NCBI GenBank assembly: GCA_026396275.1 | Contig: JAPLXC010000004.1 | Span: 1,193 to 65,192 of the forward strand | Reading direction: 5' to 3' | Length of the DNA: 64,000 nt | DNA from: Candidatus Moraniibacteriota bacterium | GTDB lineage: Bacteria; Patescibacteriota; Minisyncoccia; Moranbacterales; JAPLXC01 | Part shown: positions 39,142 to 49,243 of the stretch, one piece after another | How the letters are laid out: each line of letters starts with the position of its first letter | Numbering within the stretch: the stretch's first letter is position 1 | Translations under genes and position numbers: made by a program | Notes under the pieces: generated by a model | Database searches by the model: none | Seen by the model: the letters and a program-made list of their open reading frames with translations, nothing else | What the model was told of the DNA's origin: nothing

Positions 39142-39825
39142 ATGATTGAAAATCTTTCCAAAAAGCTCGGAGTAAAGTTTAAAAATCAGGATTTGCTTCA
39201 GTCGGCGGTGACTCATCGCTCTTACCTTAATGAAAATCGTAGTTACGGAATAGAGCATAATGAACGGCTCGAGTTTCTGGGTGACGCGGTTTTGGAATTG
39301 ATTATCACTGAATACTTGTATAAAACTTACTCCAACCCTGAAGGAGAGCTAACTAGCTGGAGATCGGCTTTGGTCAATGGAGAAAATCTGGCAAAAATCG
39401 CCGGAGAGCTGGGAGTGGAAGAATTCCTACTTATGAGCAAAGGTGAAGCCAAGGATACGGGGAGAGCCCGTCAATATTTGCTGGCCAATGCTCTGGAAGC
39501 CATTATTGGAGCGATCTATCTTGACAGAGGATACCAGGAAGTCCAGCAATTTGTTTTGAAGTACATCGTGGCAAATTTAGACGAGGTATTGAAGAAAGGA
39601 CTTTATCTTGACGCGAAAAGCGTTTTTCAGGAAAAGTCCCAGGAGGAAGAAAAGATCACCCCTTCCTACCGGGTGCTAGAGGAATGGGGGCCCGACCATG
39701 ACAGGCATTTTGTGGTAGGCGTGTTTCTTGGTGAAGAGTTGATTGCCAAAGGGGAAGGAAAGTCAAAGCAGGAAGCCCAGCGGGAGGCGGCAAAAAAAGG
39801 ATTGGAAGTTAAAAGATGGATGTAG
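39142..39825 (+). CDS. rnc: Ribonuclease III
   Basis: NERLEFLGDAVL, EAIIGAIYLD, dsRBD; start moved to 39142. Confidence 0.96.
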   Translation: MIENLSKKLGVKFKNQDLLQSAVTHRSYLNENRSYGIEHNERLEFLGDAVLELIITEYLYKTYSNPEGELTSWRSALVNGENLAKIAGELGVEEFLLMSKGEAKDTGRARQYLLANALEAIIGAIYLDRGYQEVQQFVLKYIVANLDEVLKKGLYLDAKSVFQEKSQEEEKITPSYRVLEEWGPDHDRHFVVGVFLGEELIAKGEGKSKQEAQREAAKKGLEVKRWM

Positions 39826-40032
39826 TAGATACTAAGATACTGGGATATTAGGATATTCATTGAAGTTTGTAGAAATTAAAGGGGAGAAGTTATCCACAAT
39901 TGATGAAAAATTATATTTTGCTATAATTAACCTAATAGAACAGGGAAGAACAAATTTTAAAAGGAGGACTTGAGGGGTGCATAGTCATGACGCATTTTTG
40001 TTTTTTAACAATAAAAAAGGAGAGAGAATATT

Positions 40033-40215
40033 ATGCCCGAAAATTGGTGGTATCTTATTTTTGAAACTTTTCTAAACCCTGTCAAGTTGATAACTGGTGT
40101 AATAGTTGTGGCGCTAACCTACGTTGTCCTATATTTCATATTCGGCCGCGATAAAAAATCCTGTTTATTGAAAGGAGGTGATTACGGTAAAAAAGCCAGA
40201 GGGAAAATGTTGTAA
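40033..40215 (+). CDS. Small membrane ORFan in an SD-rich tract
   Basis: AAGGAG SD, one TM. Confidence 0.45.
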   Translation: MPENWWYLIFETFLNPVKLITGVIVVALTYVVLYFIFGRDKKSCLLKGGDYGKKARGKML

Positions 40216-40523
40216 GATTCATCATGTTGTTTACTGGATTTATGTGCTACGCTCTAATCTTGCAAGATTAGAGCGTAATAAATTTTTCATTAAAAGGAGG
40301 TCACCATGATTTTTACAAGGATTTTCAAAAAAATTGCAACTAAAAATTCTTTGTAAAAGGAGGTGATCGGGCAACGGCTATCAGAAGTAGACGACCCAAT
40401 CTAGACGGATAACCGGTTTATAAAAAAGAGAGGTGAAATTTAATTTAGGCCGTTCGTGCCAAATTTGACTGGTTATTTCGCAACCAGGGGGCAGAGCGCT
40501 TCCTTGGAGATTTCAAAAGATAG

Positions 40524-40549
40524 AGGGCTGGATTTATCCAGCCCTTTTT
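40524..40549 (+). terminator. Intrinsic terminator
   Basis: agggctgga-ttta-tccagccct-tttt. Confidence 0.75.
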
Positions 40550-40672
40550 AAATTGTTCGACAGCTTGAAAAATGGTACAATAGTTCCATACGAATAATAA
40601 TTCAGATGATATCCAAATTAAGAACGAATTCGGATAGTAATTCGGATATAATTCGGGTAGGAATTCGTATCT

Positions 40673-42262
40673 ATGTACGACATAATAATCAAAAACGGGA
40701 AGATTATTGACGGTACCGGCCAGCCGATGTTTGCGGCTGACATTGGAATTAAAGAGAGCAAAATAAAAGAAATAGGAGATCTCCATAATGAAAACGCGGA
40801 GGTTGTTATCAATGCTGAAAATCACTATGTGGCGCCGGGATTTATTGACGTCAATAACCACTCTGATACCTACTGGAGGATTTTTCTGGATCCGGAACTC
40901 CCGAGTTTGATTTATCAGGGAATCACCACCGTTGTTGGTGGAAACTGCGGATCGTCACTGGCTCCCTTAGTCAATCAGGAAATTATTCAAGCAATTCAAA
41001 AATGGGCGGATATCCGAAAGGTCAATCTTAACTGGCTGACCATGAAGGATTTCCTGGCGGAGATAGAGTGCCGAAAGCCCTCTGTTAATTTCGCCACTTT
41101 GGTGGGCCACAGCACGCTGCGCAGGGGACTGCTTGGCAATGAAGTCAGGAGTTTGAACACGGAGGAGTTGAAAATAATGAAAAGGATGCTGAAAAACGCT
41201 CTGAAAGAAGGAGCCCTTGGTCTTTCCACGGGCTTGGTTTATACTCATGCCAAATTGGCCTCCGAAAAAGAAATTGCTGAAATTGCCGAAGTCGTCAGCA
41301 GCTACGGGGGCGTGTATACGACTCACGTTCGGGGAGAATCCCAGGAGCTTTTGGAAGCAGTCGAAGAAGCAATCAAGACCGCTTCAGCCACGGGAGTGAA
41401 ATTGCAGATCTCCCACCTCAAGGCGATTGGCGAAAAGAATTGGCACTTGATGGATGAAGCGCTAAATCTTATTGAAACCGCCCGCACCAGCGGAATTGAC
41501 GTGAACTTTGATGTTTATCCTTACACCGTAACGGGTTCGGTTCTTTATATCCTTCTTCCTGACTGGGTAGCGGAAGGAGGAAAAAGGGCGATGATCCACC
41601 GGCTCAAAGACCCTAATATTCGCGTGCGGGTATTGCGGGAAATGGAAGAGGATAATTTTGATTATTCCAAAGTCGTCATTTCCATTTCTCCTTTGGATAA
41701 AACCCTCACGAGAAAAAGAGTTGTTGATATTGCCCGGGCGCAGGAAAAAACGGTTGAGGAAATAATTGTTGATCTTTTAATAGCCAGCGAGGGAAGAGTC
41801 ATAACGATGATGGACGTGTTGAGTGAGAAAAATGTGGCCAAAGCCATTCAGCATCCTTTTTCCATAATTTCCTCCAACGGCGCGGGGTACAGCATAGAGC
41901 ATAGCGAATCAGGAGAAGTGGTTCACCCCCGCAATTTCGGATCGTTCCCCCGGGTGCTGGCCCGCTATGTCCGGGAAAAAGGGATTTTAAGTTGGGAGGA
42001 AGCCATTCACAAGATGAGCAGCAAACCGGCGGAGAAATTCGGGATTAAAAAGCGTGGCGTACTTGAAAAAGGAAATGTCGCTGATGTTATTGTCTTTCAT
42101 CCGGAGGATATTCAGGATCTGGCTACTCCGGAAAATCCCTATCAATATTCACAAGGGATGCAGTGGGTCATTATAAATGGAGAAGTGGTAATGGAAAAAG
42201 GGAATTATTTGGGCAAAAGGGCGGGAGAAGTGATCAGAAGATCTTCGTCAAGGTGGTTTTGA
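40673..42262 (+). CDS. N-acyl-D-amino-acid deacylase family amidohydrolase
   Basis: PGFID..HSD, GNCG, SHLK, YPYT, HPR.FG.FPR. Confidence 0.85.
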   Translation: MYDIIIKNGKIIDGTGQPMFAADIGIKESKIKEIGDLHNENAEVVINAENHYVAPGFIDVNNHSDTYWRIFLDPELPSLIYQGITTVVGGNCGSSLAPLVNQEIIQAIQKWADIRKVNLNWLTMKDFLAEIECRKPSVNFATLVGHSTLRRGLLGNEVRSLNTEELKIMKRMLKNALKEGALGLSTGLVYTHAKLASEKEIAEIAEVVSSYGGVYTTHVRGESQELLEAVEEAIKTASATGVKLQISHLKAIGEKNWHLMDEALNLIETARTSGIDVNFDVYPYTVTGSVLYILLPDWVAEGGKRAMIHRLKDPNIRVRVLREMEEDNFDYSKVVISISPLDKTLTRKRVVDIARAQEKTVEEIIVDLLIASEGRVITMMDVLSEKNVAKAIQHPFSIISSNGAGYSIEHSESGEVVHPRNFGSFPRVLARYVREKGILSWEEAIHKMSSKPAEKFGIKKRGVLEKGNVADVIVFHPEDIQDLATPENPYQYSQGMQWVIINGEVVMEKGNYLGKRAGEVIRRSSSRWF

Positions 42263-42383
42263 AATAAATCAAAAATTAAAATGCAAAAATCAAAATGACA
42301 ATGCAAAGTCCAAAAAGAATAATTTTCTTTTTATATTTTAATTTGTCATTCCTGCCCGCCGGCGGGCAGGTTGAATTATTATT

Positions 42384-43790
42384 ATGGATTTAACTTTCTT
42401 CAAAAACAAAAGGGTTACCGTTTTTGGTTTGGGATTGCAGGGAGGAGGAGTAGGAACGGTAAAATTCTTGGTAAAGCAGGGAGCACGGGTAATAGTTACC
42501 GATATCAAAGCCAAGGAACAGCTGGTCCCTTCGCTCGAAGCTCTCAAGGGGCTGAAAGGCGTTGAATTTGTTTTAGGCCAGCATCACCGGGAAGATTTCA
42601 TCAAAGTGGATATGGTAGTGAAAACCCCTCCTGTTCCCTGGAACAATGAATATGTAAAACTGGCGCTAGCTCATAACATTCCGGTGGAGATGGACTCCAG
42701 TTTGTTTTTTAAGTTCTGCAAAAATCCTATTATCGGAGTGACTGGTACGAAAGGAAAGACAACAACAGCCACACTAATTTATGAGATTTTGAAACTGGCC
42801 GGGAAAAATCCCGTGAAGGTCGGAATCGGCCAGGCATCCGTGCTGGATAGATTAGAACTCTTAAAAAAGGATTCGGTGGTGGTGTTTGAACTGTCCAGTT
42901 GGCGGCTGTCGGCTTTGGGAAAAGCGCAAATGAGTCCTCACATCGCGGTGATTAAGAATATTCTTCCTGACCATCTTAACTATTATAGAACCATTGACGA
43001 CTATCTGACTGACAAAGAAAATATTTTCCTTTATCAGAAACCCAAGGACTTTCTGATTATCAATGAAGACGATGAAAGGTTGAGAGAATCATCTAAAAAG
43101 GCCAAGTCGCAGATAATCAGATTTTCCGGACGTCCGATCAAGGAGGGGAAAGCGGTATTTCGCGAAGACAATTTTATTTATCTTAACGACGGCGTGGATA
43201 CCAAGAAACTTGTAGATATTAAAGATATTAAGATTCCCGGCGAGCATAATATTTATAACATTATGGCTGCCGCTGCCGCCGCCTATGTTTACGGAATACC
43301 AATTGAGCAAATAAAAAAGGCAGTAGTCGATTTTTTCGGCGTTCCGCACCGGCTGGAATTCGTGAGAGAACTTCGCGGCGTTCGCTATTTCAACGACACG
43401 GCGGCGACCATTCCTGATGCGATGATGAGTGCCCTTGAGTCATTTGTGGAGCCGATTGTTCTAATCGCCGGCGGAACTGACAAGAAACTGGATTTTTCCC
43501 GGGCCGGAGAAGAGATTTTAAAGAAAGTTAAATATCTGGTACTCCTTAAAGGCGATGCAACAGAAAAACTTCTGGAGTGTATTGGAAAAAATTTACCCGA
43601 GAAAGAAAAAGGACAGAGCATAGAATTTGAAGTGGTTGATTCCATGCAAAGGGCGGTAGAGCTGGCTTCTCAAAAAGCAGAAGAAGGGGATGTCGTGCTT
43701 CTTTCGCCGGGAGCGGCGAGCTTTGGATTATTTTTAAACGAGTTTGACCGCGGAGATAAGTTCCGGGAGGCGGTTAACACTATTGAGTAG
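42384..43790 (+). CDS. murD: UDP-MurNAc-L-Ala:D-Glu ligase
   Basis: GVTGTKGKTTT, ELSSW, DHLN, HRLE, ND..AT, LLSPGAASF..F.N...RG. Confidence 0.93.
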   Translation: MDLTFFKNKRVTVFGLGLQGGGVGTVKFLVKQGARVIVTDIKAKEQLVPSLEALKGLKGVEFVLGQHHREDFIKVDMVVKTPPVPWNNEYVKLALAHNIPVEMDSSLFFKFCKNPIIGVTGTKGKTTTATLIYEILKLAGKNPVKVGIGQASVLDRLELLKKDSVVVFELSSWRLSALGKAQMSPHIAVIKNILPDHLNYYRTIDDYLTDKENIFLYQKPKDFLIINEDDERLRESSKKAKSQIIRFSGRPIKEGKAVFREDNFIYLNDGVDTKKLVDIKDIKIPGEHNIYNIMAAAAAAYVYGIPIEQIKKAVVDFFGVPHRLEFVRELRGVRYFNDTAATIPDAMMSALESFVEPIVLIAGGTDKKLDFSRAGEEILKKVKYLVLLKGDATEKLLECIGKNLPEKEKGQSIEFEVVDSMQRAVELASQKAEEGDVVLLSPGAASFGLFLNEFDRGDKFREAVNTIE

Positions 43791-43914
43791 CTTAAATACA
43801 ACCAGAGCGAAGTGAATTCCAAAGGTTGACAAAAGGTGAAAATTGGCCTATAATAGATATAAGAACAAGTAAAAGGGTGTTTCTAGGGTGAAACGCCTTT
43901 TTTGATTTTTTGCT

Positions 43915-44627
43915 ATGAAAAGCCATTTTCAGAGCATTTTTAGGATAAGAAGTCCAAAGCTGCTAGTTGCAACAGCCGTTCTTTTCGGCATGCTTGTGTT
44001 CTTTCAAGCCCAACCGGTTTGGGCTAGCGAAGTAACGGTTCAAAATATTATTCAACTGGTAAATAAAGAGAGAATCTCACAAGGACTGGATGCGCTAACA
44101 GAAAACTCGCTGCTTTCGCAAGCAGCCCGGGAGAAAGTCAGTGATATGGTCAAAAATAATTATTTTTCCCATACTTCGCCAAGTGGAATATCTCCCTGGC
44201 ACTGGGTAGAAAAAAGCGGCTACGATTACAAGTATGCAGGAGAGCTCCGGCTGTGGGAGTTGTCCGCTCACTGGAAAATGAACCAGCCAAGCAACCGGTG
44301 GAAGAAAAAACGGCCAGTCAGGAGAAAAGCCAATCACTTATTCCTTTGTCAAAAAGCTTGTATTTTGAGCAGGTTGGAGAGGTTAAAAAAACGGAAACAG
44401 GATGCGCCAATGGACTGTGTTATTTTAACCAGGCCAATAGCTTGTTTTATCCGGAAAGAAAAATTTCAGAAGAAGCAGCTTGGCTTGTGGCCGTGGTCGT
44501 TCTTCTGCTTTCCATTATTTTCAATGCGATAACGCTTTCCCGCCAGAATAGCCACAATCCTTTCATTGCCGCTAATACCGTAATCTTGCTTATGGTTTTA
44601 ACATCGGTGATTTTCTGGAAGATGTAG
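43915..44627 (+). pseudogene. CAP/SCP-domain protein with internal frameshifting deletion near 44243
   Basis: CAP motifs (LVN.ER, YFSHTSP, GYDYKYAGE) stop abruptly; second frame (44244-44627) supplies linker + 2 TM. Confidence 0.7.
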
Positions 44628-45003
44628 CTACATGTTAGAGCAAGGAGAGAGTAATAATGCTGAATAATGACTTTTTAATATAGCGGAAACCGGTTCCTTA
44701 ACATAAAAACATAAACAAAAAAGGGGAATATAAAAAAACTTTAAAGGCAAGAATCCTTGCCTTTCCCTTTAAGTAGGGAAATAATATTAAAAAGAAACGA
44801 TCCAGAATCGTTTCTTTTTTGTTCTCCTCCGCTCAAATACCCAGCGGCTTGCCGCGGGGATAAAGGCGAAAGATATTAAAGAAGTTCCAGTGATAATAAA
44901 AGGGCTTTGGCGAATTTCGCTAGACACCTCGCAGCTTAACTGCGAGGAGCTTCATTTTGCGGTTTCTTGAAAAAAATAGAAAGGTAGAATATACTAAAGA
45001 AGT

Positions 45004-46317
45004 ATGGAACAATTCGAGATTATCGGTGGGAAAAAGCTAAAAGGGGCGGTAACAGTTAACAGCTCTAAGAATGCAGCTGTTGCTTTATTAATGGCATCTC
45101 TTATTAATAAGGGGAAAACTACACTTAAAAATGTGCCCCAAATTGAAGAAGTTAACCGGCTAGTCGAGGTGCTTAAAAGCATTGGAGTAAAAATTTCGGC
45201 AAAAGGCAGGAATCTTGAGATAACTTCACCGGAAAAAATTGAAATTGGAAAAATTAACAGAACATCGGCGAAAAAGACAAGATCAATCGTTCTTATGATC
45301 GGAGCATTAGCGGGAAAATTGAAAAATTATACTATTCCCCAATGTGGGGGATGCCGCCTGGGCAGCAGAACTGTTGTTCCTCACTTTATGGCTCTTAAAA
45401 ATCTCGGATTGATAATTAGTACAAACAGTAAGGGTTTTAGGGTCAATTCAAAAAAACTTAAACCGGCGGAAAAAATTGTCCTTTATGAAACGGGTGACAC
45501 AGCTACCGAAAACGCGCTTTTGGCAGCCGCTCAAGCAAAAGGAAAAACAACAATAAAATTAGCATCAGCTAATTATATGGTCCAAGACCTTTGCTTCCTG
45601 CTTGAAAAAATGGGAGTGAAGATAAAAGGAATAGGAACAGGAACACTTGAGGTTTATGGTATGAGAAATATAAAAAAGGATGTGGTTTATAAAATTAGTG
45701 AGGATCCAATAGAAGCCATGTTTTTTCTTTCCATCGCGGCTACTTGTCAGGCAAATCTGAAAGTAAAAAGATGCCCGATTGATTTTTTGGACCTTGAACT
45801 CTTAAAACTTTCCAAAATGGGATTACGCTATAAAATAGTAAGACGCTATGCATCCGGAAATGGGAAAACGAAATTGGCCGATATCGTAACATGGCCTTCA
45901 AAGCTAGTGGCGCTTGAGGACAAAATTCATCCTCTTCCTTCAGCGGGGATAAATATAGACAACCTCCCGTTCTTTGTCCCTATTGCCTGCGTGGCTAGAG
46001 GAAAAACACTTATTCATGACTGGGTTTATGAAAATAGAGCGATTTATTTTACGGAACTTAATAAGCTGGGAGCGCGGGTAACCCTTCTTGATACTCATAG
46101 AGTAAATATTGAAGGACCTGCGAAATTAAAAGGTTCGAAAATTTTATGCCCGCCGGCGCTTCGCCCAGCGGCGATAATTCTAGTCGCCATGCTCGCGGCC
46201 AAAGGTAAGTCAATTTTAAAAGGCGTTTATCCGATAAATAGGGGATATGAAAATTTGGAAGAACGGCTCAAAAAAATCGGAGCAGATATAAAATTTTTTT
46301 CAAACAATGAAAAATAA
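45004..46317 (+). CDS. murA: UDP-GlcNAc 1-carboxyvinyltransferase
   Basis: SKNAA, GGCRLGSR, TEN, YENR, I.RGYENL. Confidence 0.9.
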   Translation: MEQFEIIGGKKLKGAVTVNSSKNAAVALLMASLINKGKTTLKNVPQIEEVNRLVEVLKSIGVKISAKGRNLEITSPEKIEIGKINRTSAKKTRSIVLMIGALAGKLKNYTIPQCGGCRLGSRTVVPHFMALKNLGLIISTNSKGFRVNSKKLKPAEKIVLYETGDTATENALLAAAQAKGKTTIKLASANYMVQDLCFLLEKMGVKIKGIGTGTLEVYGMRNIKKDVVYKISEDPIEAMFFLSIAATCQANLKVKRCPIDFLDLELLKLSKMGLRYKIVRRYASGNGKTKLADIVTWPSKLVALEDKIHPLPSAGINIDNLPFFVPIACVARGKTLIHDWVYENRAIYFTELNKLGARVTLLDTHRVNIEGPAKLKGSKILCPPALRPAAIILVAMLAAKGKSILKGVYPINRGYENLEERLKKIGADIKFFSNNEK

Positions 46318-46762
46318 AACGCAAAACTTAATACCAGGAAAAGATTGTATTGGGGTCGAAGGAGGCGTCTTGATTTTTAATAAAAAAGGCGAGGTACTTT
46401 TGATGAAACGGAGTAAAAATTCCAAGAATGAAGCTGATTGGTGGTCGAAACCCGGCGGAGCAGTGGATTTTAATGAAAAAGCAATAGATGCGATGAAAAG
46501 GGAAATAAAAGAAGAATTGAATGTTGATATAAATATCTGGGGCTATTTGCCGCATACTGATCATATTATAAGAAGAGAAAAGCAGCACTGGGTAGCTATA
46601 AATTATTTAACAAACATAAAAAAGGGGAAACTGAAAATAATGGAACCACATAAGTGTGAAGAAATCAGATGGTTTAGCATGAAAAAATTGCCAAAAAGAA
46701 TTACTCAAACTGCTAGAGAACCAATTAAGAATTATTTGGCGGGGAAATTTATCAAGTTATAG
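46307..46762 (+). CDS. NUDIX hydrolase
   Basis: PGG.V...E....AMKRE.KEE Nudix box. Confidence 0.88.
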   Translation: MKNKTQNLIPGKDCIGVEGGVLIFNKKGEVLLMKRSKNSKNEADWWSKPGGAVDFNEKAIDAMKREIKEELNVDINIWGYLPHTDHIIRREKQHWVAINYLTNIKKGKLKIMEPHKCEEIRWFSMKKLPKRITQTAREPIKNYLAGKFIKL

Positions 46763-46765
46763 TAG

Positions 46766-46834
46766 TGTCATTCCCGCGGAAGCGGGAATCCAGTATTTAT
46801 CTTTCTGGATTCCGGCTCGGAGGCCGGAATGACA
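46766..46834. repeat. GTCATTCC-family palindromic element
   Basis: tgtcattcccgcggaagcgggaatcc...ccggaatgaca. Confidence 0.85.
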
Positions 46835-46882
46835 TAATTATATGATTCGTATATTCGTAAGTGATTAGTAATTAGTAGCCGT

Positions 46883-47896
46883 ATGAGTTTATTTGTCCGA
46901 AAAATTGGAATTGATCTGGGGACAGCCAATACTCTGGTTTTTGTTCCTGGGCGCGGAGTGGTCATCAACGAGCCATCAGTGGTGGCCATTTCTATTTTAG
47001 AAAATGAAGTGCTAGCAGTAGGAAACCAGGCAAAAGAAATGCTCGGGCGCACTCCGGACTCAATCGTCGCTAGCCGTCCTCTCAAAGACGGAGTAATCGC
47101 CGATTACCGGATAACCGAGGCAATGCTCAAATATTTCATCAACAAAGTGACTGGCAAAGTTCGTATTTTCCGTCCAGAGGTGATGATTTCCATTCCGGCG
47201 GGAATTACTTCAACTGAACGCCGGGCAGTCGTTGATGCCGCTATCAAAGCCGGAGCGAAAGCCGCCTACATCGTGAAAGAGCCATTGCTTGCGGCTATTG
47301 GTGCGGGAGTTCCCATTCACAGCGCCCAGGGAAATATGATAATTAACACCGGCGGCGGCACCACGGAAATTGCCATTATCTCACTGGGAGGAGTAGTGGC
47401 GGCTCACAGCGCTCGGGTAGGCGGCAACAAACTCGACCAGGCCATTTCCGACTACGTTAAGCGCAAATACGGTTTGGCAATCGGAGAAAGAACCGCCGAA
47501 GAAATAAAAATAAGCATCGGATCAGCTATTGCTCAAGTTAAAGAAGAATATATCGAGGTCCGCGGCCGCGACTTGATGGGAGGGCTTCCCAAAATGATCC
47601 GGGTATCTTCCAATGAAGTGACAGAAGCCATTCAGGATGAATTGCGTGAAATTATTAATGCCATCAAAAAGGTCTTTCAGGAAACACCACCGGAACTGGC
47701 GGCAGATGTTATTGATAAGGGAATGGTGCTTTCGGGAGGAAGCGCTCTGCTTCGCAATTTCGACCAGCTGATCACTAAAACAATAGGAGTTCCCTGTTAC
47801 GTGGCCGACGATCCTCTGTTTTGCGTGATAAAAGGGATTGGAATAGCTCTGGATAATTTGGAGGTGTACAAAAGGACAATAATGCTGACGAAATAA
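46883..47896 (+). CDS. mreB: Rod shape-determining protein MreB
   Basis: GIDLGTANT, EPSVVA, PLKDGVIAD, GGGTTE, PPELAAD. Confidence 0.95.
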   Translation: MSLFVRKIGIDLGTANTLVFVPGRGVVINEPSVVAISILENEVLAVGNQAKEMLGRTPDSIVASRPLKDGVIADYRITEAMLKYFINKVTGKVRIFRPEVMISIPAGITSTERRAVVDAAIKAGAKAAYIVKEPLLAAIGAGVPIHSAQGNMIINTGGGTTEIAIISLGGVVAAHSARVGGNKLDQAISDYVKRKYGLAIGERTAEEIKISIGSAIAQVKEEYIEVRGRDLMGGLPKMIRVSSNEVTEAIQDELREIINAIKKVFQETPPELAADVIDKGMVLSGGSALLRNFDQLITKTIGVPCYVADDPLFCVIKGIGIALDNLEVYKRTIMLTK

Positions 47897-47962
47897 TTCA
47901 TATAACATATAACATGAAACATGTAACAGAATAATTGTTTTATGTTTTATGCTTTATGCTTC

Positions 47963-49186
47963 ATGTTGATTGGCATTGATGCTTCCCGGGCTTTTATTAA
48001 AAACCGCACGGGAATTGAGGAATATTCTTATCAAGTAATCAGAAACCTGGTCCCGCTACTTAAAGATGATCAGGTTGTTTTATATGTGAGAAAAAATCAA
48101 AAATCAAAAATCAAAAATCAAAATGTCAATGTAAAAATTAAAATTATTAAATTTCCCTTTTTATGGACTCAATTAGGTTTGTCGCTGGAAATGCTGTTTC
48201 ACCCCGTTGACGTATTGTTTATCCCGGCGCATACGGTACCGATAATCCATTCCAAAAATACAATCGTGACAATCCACGGACTGGAATATGAATTTTTCCC
48301 GCGGGCTTATTCTTTTTGGGAAAGATTATATATGCGCTGGTCGATAAGAAATTCGTGCCGGTGGGCAAAAAAAATAATCGCGGTTTCAAATAATACTAAA
48401 AAAGATTTAATGAGATTGTATAAGGTGCCGGAAGAGAAGATTGAAGTTATTTATGAAGGCTATGAGGATTGTCATTCCGGGCTTGACCCGGAATCTAGTC
48501 TAAAAAACTTAGATGCTACACTGGATTCCCGTTTTCACGGGAATGACAAATATTTATTATTCATCGGCCGATTAGAAGAACGCAAAAATATAGTTGGTAT
48601 TATTAGGGCCTTTGAGATATTAAAAAAGCAACATAAAATTCCGCACAAATTAATACTCGCCGGAAAATTCGGTTATGGTGAAGATAAAATAAAAAATTAT
48701 ATTTCCAAATCGTCTTATAAGTCCGAGATAATTACGCCTGGATATATTAGCGAAGAAGAAAAATGGGAACTTTTAAAAAATTCCGACGTATTTTTATTCC
48801 CGACTTTTTATGAAGGTTTTGGCCTGCCGATTCTTGAAGCCCAAAGCGCGGGAGTGCCGGTGGTGGCGGGTAATAATTCGTCAATACTGGAGATCACTAC
48901 AGTATCTGCCTCCCCTCAGATGAGGGGAGGAAATGAAGGAGGGGAGTTGAAAAAAACATATGATCAGCCCCTCACTCTTAATCCCTCTCCCCATTTGGGG
49001 CGAGGGGGAGTAGAGTCCACACTTTTAGTGAATCCTCATAACCCCGAAAAAATTGCCGAAGCAGCCTATAAGCTTATTTCTAACAAGGCCTTGAGAGATG
49101 ATATAATACAAAGAGGCTATGAGAATGTGAAGAGGTTTGGGTGGGGAAAGTGCGCTGATCAAATTGCTAAATTATTAACAAAATAA
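47963..49186 (+). CDS. GT4 glycosyltransferase with three in-frame repeat insertions
   Basis: TIHG, GRLEERKN, YEGFGLPILEA; start moved to 47963. Confidence 0.9.
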   Translation: MLIGIDASRAFIKNRTGIEEYSYQVIRNLVPLLKDDQVVLYVRKNQKSKIKNQNVNVKIKIIKFPFLWTQLGLSLEMLFHPVDVLFIPAHTVPIIHSKNTIVTIHGLEYEFFPRAYSFWERLYMRWSIRNSCRWAKKIIAVSNNTKKDLMRLYKVPEEKIEVIYEGYEDCHSGLDPESSLKNLDATLDSRFHGNDKYLLFIGRLEERKNIVGIIRAFEILKKQHKIPHKLILAGKFGYGEDKIKNYISKSSYKSEIITPGYISEEEKWELLKNSDVFLFPTFYEGFGLPILEAQSAGVPVVAGNNSSILEITTVSASPQMRGGNEGGELKKTYDQPLTLNPSPHLGRGGVESTLLVNPHNPEKIAEAAYKLISNKALRDDIIQRGYENVKRFGWGKCADQIAKLLTK

Positions 49187-49243
49187 AAAAGGAGCAAGTT
49201 CGATTACATAAACTTGCCCCTTACTCCGGTTGTTTCTATTGAT

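Noticed and set aside
39890-39898. Perfect DnaA box TTATCCACA
   Set aside because: Single copy, no cluster and no dnaA nearby; not enough for an origin
47330-47375. MreB phosphate-2 motif INTGGGT instead of DIGGGT
   Set aside because: Single motif change with all others intact; cannot be judged without alignments
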